64,000 nt of DNA from contig NW_026782000.1 of the NCBI RefSeq assembly GCF_031769215.1, positions 248,001 to 312,000 of the forward strand, in the 5' to 3' direction. Within the stretch, counting starts at the first letter, position 1, and the number at the start of each line of letters is the position of its first letter. The translations under genes and the position numbers were made by a program. Of the stretch, positions 1 to 12,100 are shown piece by piece. The DNA is from Ylistrum balloti. Lineage: Eukaryota. The notes under the pieces are model-generated. The model had not been told where the DNA came from. It did no database searches and saw nothing but the letters and a program-made list of their open reading frames with translations.

Positions 1-755
1 ACAGTTTATTTAGACTTTGTAAAATACACTCAATATTAAAGCACCAAATTAAATAATAGTACAAACAATTACACAGATGACTTCACACAAAATGGAATTA
101 TTGTTGAACAAAGAAAAAACCCTAAATGCAGAGTTGGCACAATTAATAAAAAATAAAGCACACAGGTGCATCACTTATTGGGACTGGGACAATATCTTGA
201 CATTCAACTGGTCTTTGGTATTTACTAACATCTCGCATGAATGAAACTCACTAATCAACCTAACATTTCTTTCACAAATTTATACAAACCACAAAGGTTC
301 ATTATACTTTGATATGCAACATACCTGAATCACAACAAACCTATCATCATCCCAACCACAAACAAAAACATACTTACATAAAAGTTTTGTCATGCACATT
401 AACAAATGTATTCTTTGGTCAATTTGTTAACTGTTCTTAGTCTAATGCTGAATCTTTTGAACTCATGATGTCAACTTCAATGAAAAAAATGTCAAACTGT
501 CAATGTAAGATCTGTGTTTCTTCACAATGATATCAAAATTAAAAACTTCTACTCTGTAATATCAACAGTAAAACACATTTGGCAAAAATGTGAATTTGCA
601 TTCACGAAGAAACACTTTGATTTCAAAAACAAGTATTCTTAATTCAACCTTACACAGATTACAGATGGAGGATTTTTTTCAGAAATTTCAGCTGTGGAAT
701 AAAAGATGTCAAGGAAAACACTTCTGCTTAATTTCAGTCAACATCATTCTGGTGT

Positions 756-1133
<378 letters not shown>

Positions 1134-2027
1134 TTAATTGTACCAATAATCACTGGAGATTACATAAACTTCAAGTTAAAATTGAACTTGACCCTGGGCA
1201 GGTCCAATATTGTATGTCATTCTACAATTGCTAGTTTGACTGACAATGACAGGGTTCTACAGACAATTCAATGCTGTATCACTCAATGATGTCTTCTAGA
1301 GGAATTGGTTGCTCTTGCTACATGAAAATGTACTTTTTTAAAATTAAAATACTATTCCTGCTGTCTTTGTGGCAGATCTATATCTAACAGCTGTTTTGCA
1401 TGTGGAATGTCCCATTCTTGTGTATATTCCTTCAATAAAGAGTGACATTGTACGAATATCTACACAAAAGGTGTCATCTACCTGCTAACCGACCTTTAAC
1501 ATACTGCAGTTAGGAGATTGGTTTTGAAGCCTTTTCGTCTCAAGAGTCATTCGATAAACCAATAGATTTGGGAAACATTTATATCCAGTGATTAGGTAAA
1601 CGTCAAATGAGGTTTTAGGTTCTCATCTATTTCAATTTTAATACGAACGACTTGCGCGTTTCATGTTTTGTCGCGTAATTCTGGAAGTAATAATCAAACA
1701 ACGTACATAAAAGGAAGTACCCAAATGAAAGAAGAGGGAAAAAAACGAAAGTCTGTACAGTCCCAGTATTCCTGTAATTTGATAAAATAATGTTCTAAAC
1801 AGAAGTACCGACAACTCGACAGTAGGTTTTCAGTATTTTGTCTTCAAAAGAAAAATGGGCCTTACGTATTTTCATTCGATACAAGAAATGCAAGATGGAG
1901 AACTTCCGTCAGGATGTACATGCAAAGTTTTCACTCAGATTTTTTTTCAATGTTGAATATGACGATATAATTAGTAATTATTTTAAGAATTTAACTAATT
2001 CGGGAAGTTCATCCGTCTCAAACCTAC

Positions 2028-2120
2028 CTTTCTTTCCGATTTCACGAGCAAATTCGATGAAGACACCTTGCGACTTATTCGTTTACACACTTCTAACTCT
2101 CTGGTTCGGCTTCTGCGTAT
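2028..2120 (-). other. DYNLL: Candidate non-coding first exon of DYNLL
   Basis: Minus-strand donor AAG|GTAGGT at 2027, inside a CpG-richer island. The upstream boundary is approximate. Confidence 0.55.
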
Positions 2121-2400
2121 GATGCTGACATTAGCAACGTATCCAGAATGACGCTGTATCCAGGCATCTGATTGGATTTTTGTTAATCGTTAATTGGCCA
2201 AGTCAAAAATAAATCTGTCGGAGCATATATCGTCCCAGAAACCACTTTTACGGAAGTACAATCTCATTACTACGCTAAAAATCAGACGTGCAATTTATTA
2301 AACGGATTCAAACATTCCAAAGACCCAAGCCTGACGTTGACGCCACACAACCAGGAAATCTGTACAAGTTGAGGACGATCGAATATATTTTACATAGACA
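2120..2400. promoter_or_regulatory. Candidate bidirectional promoter of DYNLL / SRSF1-like
   Basis: About 280 nt between two divergent 5' ends, CpG-enriched. CCAAT boxes at 2168-2175 (CCAATCAG, minus) and 2193-2197; ETS-like CGGAAGT at 2251-2257. Confidence 0.55.
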
Positions 2401-2570
2401 ATGGCCTACAGGATGCCATCAGATTCCAGAATATATGTCGGAAATTTACCACCAGACGTTAGACAAAGAGATATAGAAGATTTATTCGAAAAATATGGAA
2501 ATATTCGTTACATTGAGTTGAAAAATAGACGCGGTCCGCCATTTTCCTTTGTCGAGTTTGAAGATCCAAG
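2401..2570 (+). CDS. SRSF1: SRSF1-like paralog A, exon 1 (RRM1 N-half); join 2401-2570,5197-5393,5872-6044,6766-6942 = 238 aa
   Basis: [24 protein letters not shown]...[12 protein letters not shown]; donor AG|GTATGC, phase 2. All four exons join in frame (717 nt). Confidence 0.95.
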
Positions 2571-5196
2571 GTATGCCAGCGCACGTGTATTCTCTTCGAT
2601 GGGAATTTAATTGTTGTTGCAGACATCGTTTTGCTTTATTGTTTATAATTAGAACAATGACACAAGCCTTCACAATATAAATTGTCATACCTCTTGAAAG
2701 AAACTTGCCATTCTCGCAAAATCTGATTAAGCTTAGGTTAGTGGGAAATCCCCTAGGTCGTGTGCCCGAACACATAACACAGTTTTTATGTAGATACTTG
2801 TCAGCCACTTTAATTAGTGTTTTGTAGTTTTTTGGGAGTGATATTTCATGAACATATCAAACTGTTTATTAAATTCACACGCAGTTTTTAAAATTGAAAA
2901 ATGTTAAACGCCATGATATTGTAGATTTTACGTCTGAAATGTTGCACCCTGACCAATATAGAAGATAGTTCTGCATTGAATGACGGAGAAAATGCAGCTA
3001 ATTATGTAAAGTTTCTGGATGTAACAGAACACGAAAGGCTGATCATTTGGAGATATGTTTCCTCCTCCAGTACATTTCATTGGAAAATTCTTGAAAAATC
3101 ACTACCAATTTAAATAAGGTATTTCCTTGAATATTTGTAACTTCAACTTTTGTAAAGCTTTCAATGTGATCAATATATTGAGAAAAATAAAGGATTTTCA
3201 ATATCCATGAACTCTTGTTCCACTCGTTAGTGGATGCTGTTAACAGGACACCAATTTTGCAATCAAGATGATTTTTGGGGTATTGATAGATGATGATTTT
3301 TTTCCTATATTGCAATTGAACAAATAATATCTGTAAAGATTTTTAAAAGAATGTTTAAAGAATTTTATCTCTTGACAATGATTTTATTCACCAGTTGCAA
3401 TTATGGTGTCCTGTGTTACATTCAGTTCAGAATCCAATTCCATGTTTCATCAAAGAAATGTTTTGTAAAAAGATAGATACACCAAAATTTCATTATTTAA
3501 TGTAATGTCTTGCAAAGTATTGTCGATACTCAGTTGATCATCCAAATATTAAATATCTTGCAGAATGAAAAAACATAATGAAAATACTAAATTGCATTTG
3601 GTTTCCTGTGCATGCTAGGGACAAACAAGCGATGTAATACACCACATGCTTCTTATCTGCTATGTGTTAAATGTAAAAATATCTTTCTTGTATATTTAGG
3701 GTTAAATGTGGCTAAGTATCAAACATATTGGTAATTTTTTAGAGTAATTCATTAGGATGTAACAATGGATGCTAAACGGCATCAAACAATATAGCAAACC
3801 ATGGTTGGAATTGGTCATATAGCTACAGATTATTTTGTCGATGGTCATCCTTTAATGGTCATTTTGCTGTAAAATGTATCAAATGTTGAATGACTGGTAA
3901 TATTGAATGAATGGTTGACTAACATATTTATCTGATGTCTGGGACATAACATTGGACTTGCATTAGTGCCACTCTAGTATATAGGTCATCTTTTGTATTT
4001 GGTGGTAGTGCAGACACATGTTTAACAGCCAGAAAGCAATCTGTAATACACACCTAACATGAGATAAAACAAATATACCAATGTACTCATAATAAGAGAT
4101 AAATCACTTGTAGTTTCAATGGCTGGGATGTAACATTATGACACTATTTACATAAGCGCTAAATGATTTAATTACCTTTAAAACATATTCAGAGGTTTTT
4201 CACTACATTCACTATTATCGGGACACCAGCCACTTCCATGAGGATATATACACAACCACAAGCGGAAATGCTGTAAATGTTAATGGATATACATTACCGT
4301 AAAGTAAATAAATTTCATTGATCTTTTCAATCTTAATTTATTCACCTTGTCTCATAACATTGAACACAACAGATATAATAACATTTATTTTTGTTTGTGA
4401 AAACGCCAACTATGGACAGCAAGAAATGGTGGATGTTCCTGTCAAATGAGACTTGAAATAGAACGTGATGCAAATATTTCATAATATAGCAAAATGTTCC
4501 GGTAGTTATATCCTTGTTTGAGGAACTTTCAATTGATATATGTGGTATTAAAGTAGCCAAAATCACTTAAATCTTTTAAGTCTTTCCATTTTTTTTTTTT
4601 TAGCTTAAGTCTCGCATATTTAGTTATGATGCATAATACAACTGAAAAACTAAAATTTGTTTTATTGTGGGAATGTACCGAAAATAATTCAGTACTCCTG
4701 GTCTGTATGCATATGTTATGATAGTACAGGACAGTTTCTATAAGCAGCTAACACTCTCAGTAAACATATTTTGGTAAAATTTGATTTACTGTGTTATAAA
4801 TTTATGGGACTTACTAATATTTATGTCAATTCTGACCATAACAAAAATAGCTAGCTACATATTCTTTTGTTTTTATCTTTAAGAGCATATTCATGTATTC
4901 ATATATAATGGGGTTTTGCACTCTCATTCATTGGTAATGGAGAACACTGACAAACATTTCATAGGAAGACAATCAAGTGAGCCATACTTGGAATAAGTTT
5001 CAGTACCAAAATTTGTCTGAACAGAAACATTCTCATTGTATATTCTAATGTTGTTTAGAATTAAGATATCATTAGAAAAAAATGACATTCTATGAAAAAG
5101 TGGAAATATGCATCATTTTACAGGTTATGTTTTGTAACAAAAAAGTTTCACAGTCCCAAGATATTTACTTTCCATATGTTTGTTACTATCCTGAAG

Positions 5197-5393
5197 AGAT
5201 GCTGAAGACGCTGTTCGGAAGAGAGATGGCTACAACTATGATGGCTACACATTGAGGGTTGAGTTTCCGCGAGGAGCAAGGGGCCCCCCAAGTTTTGGTG
5301 GAGGTGGCGGTGGCAGAGGAATGTTTGGTGGTGGAGGTGGTGGCGGTAGAGGCCCACCTTCCAGGAGGTCTGAGTACCGAGTCCTTGTTTCAG
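5197..5393 (+). CDS. SRSF1: SRSF1-like paralog A, exon 2 (RRM1 end, Gly-rich linker)
   Basis: [26 protein letters not shown]...GGGGGRG...[11 protein letters not shown]; acceptor ctgaag, donor G|GTGTGC. Confidence 0.95.
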
Positions 5394-5871
5394 GTGTGCA
5401 GTGGCAGAAATTTAGTTTGACAGTATTCATAACATTATTTCCTACAATAATTGTTCATTCATCAGCAATTGTATTCCTAATGATATCTTGAGCAATTATA
5501 TCTACATTTATAAGAAAAAACTTCATTATATTATTAACTTAGTAAGTATTTGATTAAAATCTATGTTGGTTTTCGGAATTCTGTTGACAGAAAAGAATTT
5601 TCATATTGCCATATGATATTTCATGTATGATGGTAAATATTTTCATCAATTGTAGAACTACATTGTATGGTAATATTGAATCTTCAGTACAGAAAATACA
5701 TACGTTACCAGGTTCATACACATTGATGTATCGTTTTGTCAAGATATCAGAAATGAAGTTTTAAGAGTAGCTGAATCAAATTTCTGAATCTGGAGATTGC
5801 TCATTTACCTTTGACACAGTATGGTTTTTTAAAGTTAAAGATTATGATGAACTTTGAATGGTTGCTTTTAG

Positions 5872-6044
5872 GACTTCCTGGCTCTGGCAGCTGGCAGGAT
5901 TTGAAGGATCACATGCGTGAGGCAGGTGATGTGTGTTATGCTGATACTTACAAAGATGGCACAGGAGTGGTGGAATTCTTGCGCAAGGAAGACATGCAAT
6001 ATGCTGTACAAAATCTGGATGACTCAAAGTTCAGGTCACATGAG
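5872..6044 (+). CDS. SRSF1: SRSF1-like paralog A, exon 3 (RRM2/RRMH)
   Basis: [24 protein letters not shown]...FRSHE with the SWQDLKD signature; ttttag acceptor, GAG|GTATCT donor. Confidence 0.96.
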
Positions 6045-6069
6045 GTATCTAGAACTCCCCACACCCTCA

Positions 6070-6710
6070 AATTGAATTAGCATCCATTTCCAAATTTTAA
6101 ACATTTCTGCTGAAGGAGCATCATATGATTTCTCTAAAATCAATCTGGCAGCACACTTTTGAGCATATGACATGTTTAGAGCAACTTCTGTAATTCCAGA
6201 CCAGACTGTATAACAGAACATGAAATGTGGAAAAACACAAGCATTGTAAAATTTCAAGCGGCCTTCTATAGGTAAAAATTGGCGAATATGCTGGAGTAAT
6301 CTTTAATCTTGGTTGATTTTGGAAACAACCAAGAAATTATGTGACGACCAAGATAAACTGTAATCAATTTTTAAAATGTACCAAGTAATTGTTTTACAGT
6401 TTCCTCCCTAGTGTAAAATTGAGACTGTCATTGATTCTCCCAAGTTTCTGTTTGAAAGCAATTAGAGTACATTTAGTTTATTTACATTAACTATCATTTT
6501 GTTATCATTACACAGCGCATCCACATTTTCAAGGACTTTTGCAGTTTATTCTGGATTATATCGGGTACAGATGATCCTGAGTTGGTTAAAATGGAGTCGT
6601 CGGCTTACATGTCTGTTTCAGATTTTAAGTGTAATGACAAATCATTGATGAAAAGTAAGATCCTCAGGGGGCCGAAAATAGATCCTTGTAAAAGTTATCT
6701 TATTCAACAC
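6070..6710 (-). mobile_element. Degraded LINE reverse transcriptase fragment filling intron 3 of SRSF1-A
   Basis: Minus-strand translation gives QGSIFGP..LLFINDL...M*ADD (YADD with TAA at 6605-6607), then RLLQHIRQFLP..LKFYNACVFPHFMFCYTVWSG...QKCAARLIL...PSAEMF: RT motifs 4-5 and the C-terminal region, with frameshifts. Confidence 0.85.
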
Positions 6711-6765
6711 ATTTGTAAAGGACTGGATGGGGATATTGACCTGTATATATATTTTAATGTTTCAG

Positions 6766-6942
6766 GGAGAAGTGTCATACATTAGAGTGAAAGAGAATTA
6801 CAGCAGTAGTAGCCGTAGCAGGTACTCGCGAAGCCGCAGCCGAAGTTTAAGTCGTAGTCCACGCAGAAGGAGGTCTCCAGGAAGAGGGTCCCCAGACTAC
6901 TCGTCTGTACAGAGGAGGCGGAGGTCTCGGTCCCGATCGTGA
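6766..6942 (+). CDS. SRSF1: SRSF1-like paralog A, exon 4 (RS domain)
   Basis: GEVSYIRVKE...SRSRSRSLSRSPRRRRSP...RSRSRS*; tttcag acceptor. Confidence 0.95.
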   Translation, partial: GEVSYIRVKENYSSSSRSRYSRSRSRSLSRSPRRRRSPGRGSPDYSSVQRRRRSRSRS

Positions 6943-8589
6943 AGGATCTCATTTGTCCTTTCACATCATTAAACACGGGTGTGGTCATCGTGTCATTTCA
7001 TATAAAGCTTTTCTTTTCAACAGTAATACTTGGAATGTCTAGAGATACTGCATTCAGTCCAAAATGGCAATCATAATTTTGGTTGGATTTTAGTGTATTT
7101 TAAATTTCCTAATTAGAATTCATGCATTCAAATCATGCCAAATTCATGATCACAAGTACATAGAGCAGAATTGGTGCGGAATCCCACTTTAGTGAGGCTG
7201 AATTAGGGTCTGTCATATATTTTGTCCACCGCAAAGAAGGCCATTCTGTCTCCGTAGAAGTAATGGAAGGAAGAAAATATTTGCTTGTGGTTTCAAAACA
7301 AAAGTTACCAATTGTTAACATTACCTGTCAAAAACTAGCTAAAATGAATTGAACTCTCCACTGAACAAGATGAAAATCAAAGATATATAATACTATAAAC
7401 ATTACAGTGCATTGTGCAAGTGTTATGTTTGCAAAGGAGTTAGGTTTGCTCTATTCAGGGCATGCTTCAAAATCGAAGCCCAAGAATTTCATTTTCATTA
7501 GAGTTCTTACTATTTCTAAAGTGAAGAGATATTGACAATCAATGATTATTTTGCACAAAAATTTGACTAAGTATTTTGGATTTTACATAAGAAAAGAACT
7601 ATACATAGGTAAATAATGAAAAGCATGATCATCAATGTTTTTAAAAGGAGGAGTGCCTTACGAAATCAAAGGTTTCACAAGTGACTGCTACTTATTATTA
7701 ATCATTTCTTACACAGTCATGGAATTACAGTCCCGCTGTCAATCATATGATCAAGGGTCGTCCACAACAGTCTCTGTCCAATTAGGGATTGTGGATCCAG
7801 GAGTTTGTTGCTTCCAATTGGATATGATGGAGGCGGGGAGTGACTGTTTACTCCTGACATCCTTTTCATTGGAGGTGATGATGGTATGCTAATTTTTTTC
7901 ATGCATATCATTAATTGGTATTGTCTTGTTTTGATAGTAGACTTTGCTTCCTTTGTTGCTACATTAACAAGATTTTTTTAATACCCTGACAAACGATCGT
8001 AATTTTGATCTGATAGCGGAATTAATACAGTACATGTTTTTATTTTCTTAAACATAGGTATATTGTAACCCATTTTGTTAGAGATAGTTCATTTATTTTG
8101 TGTTGAAGCAAGAAGGTAAAGAAAACTGTATGCTGTCTTTTGGAGGATAATTTAACTTTGAGTAAGCTTTTTCATGAGTGATGTATTCCTGAAAACAAGG
8201 CAAATCAATGACAAAACATTCTGTCAACAAAATTTAAGATAATTCAATGTCATAAGAATATTAATTTTGATAAAAGGATTTTTTTTCAGCCTGATAACAA
8301 CCTTTGCCTTCTTCACCGGTCGTTTTGTAATCCTACCAAATGGTTGCTAGAGTTTTAGGCATAGTAGATATAAATTATTGAAAATCTGTTTCACATATAT
8401 CAAACTATTTCAAATCATTAGGTCATTAAGATAATTTGATTTCTTCCTGAAATGCAGAATAAACAAAAATGCATGAAAGAAAGTAATATCTATCAGAAAA
8501 AGAATTCTATGCATATTAAGATTCCAGTGCATGCCTTGTCATAACATTTTGTAACTTAATTAAAATGTATCTTTGTATTTTCATCACTT

Positions 8590-9180
8590 AAGGTTTTGAA
8601 GTTGGAAGGAATGGGATAAAATAGTGGATTGGATGGATTTAGGATAGGGAAATTGGATAAAAGATGGATAATGGACCGAATGGAGATAGGAGGATAAGTT
8701 TAGGATTTTTTTCCATGGAAATAGTTTGGAAAATTGAAAGTATTAAAGATATAGGACCAAATGGAGATAGTGGAAAATATTTAAGGATTTTGCCCTTAAA
8801 CCTAAGTTTGGAATTGGTTTGGATAATTGGAATTAGGACCGAATGGAGATTGGAGGAAAGTAAAAGGACCGAATGGCAGTTGGAGGAATTGTCTTTTTTT
8901 TTCTGAAGTATTGGATAAAATTGGAGGAATTATGAATAAGATGGATTTGGGAGGGACCGAATGACGATTGGAGGAATTTTAGATAAAGTGGATATGGGAG
9001 GGACCGAATGGCGATTGGAGGAATTTTATTTGATAGACAGTTTTTGGTTCTGAAAAAAAAGATTGGATTTGGATTTTGGACGGAATGGAATTTGGAGATT
9101 TTTTTTTTCCTGCAAAAATTTTGGAAAGATCTGGATCAGTGGACCATTTGGAGATTGACATATTTAATGTCAAATATTAC
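8590..9180. repeat. Degenerate G/A-rich repeat with about 6 copies of a GGACCGAATGG(A/C)GATTGGAGGAA core
   Basis: Cores near 8673, 8754, 8837, 8867, 8955 and 9001, separated by low-complexity GGA/TT spacers of variable length. Confidence 0.75.
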
Positions 9181-12100
9181 AGGGAGTTTGCGAAGTTTTA
9201 GATAGATTTTATGGCTGCATATAGATAAACCCAGTACAAAGGACATTTAAACAGAAATTTCATATTTCTCATACCTGTTTTGATATAATAATTGGGAAAA
9301 CCTGAACGTTCTGTTCAGAAGTTGTTTTTAATATTATAATGTGGTTTGAATTCTTAAATCAACATATTTTATGCGTGCATAAAAGCTTGTTTTTATTATT
9401 TTATCCTTGATTTTCATTATGGCACACATAACATTAATTTGGAAAAAGTGTTTTGTTTTTATGTATGGAATTTGTTTAACATTCATCCTGATTATTTTTA
9501 ATGGATGTTTAAATTGCATCAGTCTATTTTTTGTCCCTGTGCAGACACATTCCTATGAATAACTAAAGACATTTCTCTCATGATTTAGTGAGAGTAATAT
9601 GGAGTGGCTAGGAAGTTTTTTTCCCTCCAAAACTGCTTACCAAATGTATTCAACACAACAATTAGGACTGTGAAACAAAGAAAAAGGATGGAAAGAGGGA
9701 CAAAAAATAGTTCCATGTAGCTTTAGTCTGGAACTGTTCAGAAGTTTTGGAGTTGGTTGAAAACAGGACCATCTGATGTTCTATATATTTTTCAATTTTT
9801 TTTTTTTTTTTACCGTACATCATGTCTTTGTGGTTTTTATTTTTACAATACAGAGTAAGTAAGGAAATCATTGTCAAGTCATTTATTGCACATAATTTCA
9901 AAGTAATGGTCTTGTATTGTTCTTAAATTGTCAGCCATAAACTGCATTGTTTTGTCACTTGCTTCTTGCTGTATAGAATAAAGGATATTTTATGGCGTTT
10001 GTTGTTTTGTATTTTTTTTTAGCTTCAAGGAAATTATAAGCAACTGTGATCTTCGATCAACAGGTACCTGGGTTGGAGTACAGTGCATTTTCTAGATATG
10101 AATGACCTTGAACGTTTTGCGATGTTGTGGGTCAGGTATGTTAAATTCTTTAAAAATCTCATTTAAGAAGACCAAGATTTTTAAGAATTGCCAATAGGAT
10201 TACATTCTTACTGGTTAGAATGCCATATAGATTCTAATGAATAACTTGAGATGTATTTTCAAGTTCACTTAGGTCAAACATACAGCAAAATATTGGAGAA
10301 TTTTCTCAAGTTTCGGGAAACTTGAGATGCTGATATTTGCCCTTTAGGTGCATGGTTTATAGTGCTTCAAAACTTTTACCTTGAATATTTTTCCAAAGTC
10401 CCTGATAAAACTGGTTAAAACATCTTAATCTTCTAGAGATCGATCTCCAGAATATTAGTATTTAGCCATAAGATATGAAGGACAGAATGGGATAGGTTTT
10501 TTTTCATATCAATGATCATGAGCTATCCTCAATGTCACAGAGGTCAAATGTGCTTAAAACCATTCAGAATAAATAATACCCAAGAATACAGATATGTTAT
10601 GTTGGAAAGATTAAGTTTCCTTTTTAAAATGACCTTGACCTATTTCCAAAGTCACATCTCAATATTATGCTGGACAATCTTTCAAATTGCAGGTGGCCTT
10701 GACTCTTCATGTTTAGCTAGTGCAAATGTAAGTTTAGAGTTAAGTGTAGTAGTCTTCGCATCAATGATCTAGACTTTTTCACCACAGGAGTACCAATAAA
10801 CTGGTTAAAGCATTACAAAATTTCCAGAATACCAGGGCACTGTTTGACCAGGTATTATCTGGGACAGTGAGCTTTAAAATTTCCTCTTAAACATGACATT
10901 GTATAATTTTTACTGGTCATTGGGGTTAAATATGTTTCAAGACTGCATCTTTATGATTTGCAAGCAGGTACCTAGGATAGAATGCTACCAATGGTTAAGG
11001 CAGGTTCTTAGATATCCGACAAGGAATAGTATAAACAGATTTGGAGCAAGTTTTGATATCCCCTGAAGTTTTTATATCCCCTGGAAACGTTGATGGGACA
11101 ACAGGAATGTTGTACTTGATGTCAAAAACTGGCTTCAAAGTCCTTGGAAGTATTCTGGTCAAACAAAACTAAGTGATCATATTGTTCGATAAAATTAAGT
11201 TTTGGTCACCATTTCAGAAAAATCCTTGTTGACACTGTAAAATCTCACTCCCCAAGGATGGAGCTATGTTTACATAGAATAATTACGATCTTGTTCAGTT
11301 TGAGTTTCTGGATCAACGGTCTAGATCACAGTTACTATTTTTAGACAATCATTGTCCGTGTGATTATGACTTCATGCTTGCTGGGGTGTTGATCAAATGC
11401 AACATACTGGATTGTATTTCATTGCACATCAGTGGAAGCTGAACCATAACGGTATTTGAGTTTAGATTACCTTGATTTTGTAACTATCACTTGTATTTAG
11501 TTTTGAGTCACAAAACAGGGGAAAACTTAAGTTGAACAGGTCTTTATCAGATTAAGCAGATGACCAAATATGCAGCTGTGACTTTGAATTTGAAAATGTA
11601 GTTGGGGGGAATAGTTTCAAAACACTAGATACAAAAAAGTGTGAGAATTAAAGAGAGGGATGAAATGCACGTTTTTATTTTCCTATATGCCGGAGATACT
11701 TGACTTTGATAATGCATTGCAGACCCTGCATATCAAGTTATCAACTTTATTGAAATCTAATTCTTTTGACAATGCATTTTTGTCAACATCATACTAAACT
11801 GCATTTTTGCATCAATATATGTGCACCTATATACATGTCTTAAGGACACTTGGGGATTTTTGTGTAAATATGTGGGAAGTCATTTTTATCCAAAATTCAA
11901 AGCAGTCAGTGCTTGTAATTCTACCATTCATAGGTCATCTTGATGGCCATCTTCAATATCAGATGCCATTTAAGACAAAGTAAACAAGCACAACCCTAAC
12001 ATGTTTTGCTGTTATCTACAATTATTAGAATGCTTTTTTAACTCTTTAGAAACAGCACAAGCAAACTAAATTTGAAGATCAATACATCTTGTTGGCCATC

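Noticed and set aside
4342-4566. ORFs 4342-4566 (-) and 18884-19207 (+) share SIESSSNKDI..TFC..MKYLHH, suggesting a nested antisense gene
   Set aside because: The similarity reflects the conserved intron DNA; frames break at different places and there is no codon-position bias or known domain.
8590-9180. CRISPR-like repeat-spacer look
   Set aside because: Eukaryotic context, degenerate repeats, low-complexity spacers of irregular length, no cas genes.
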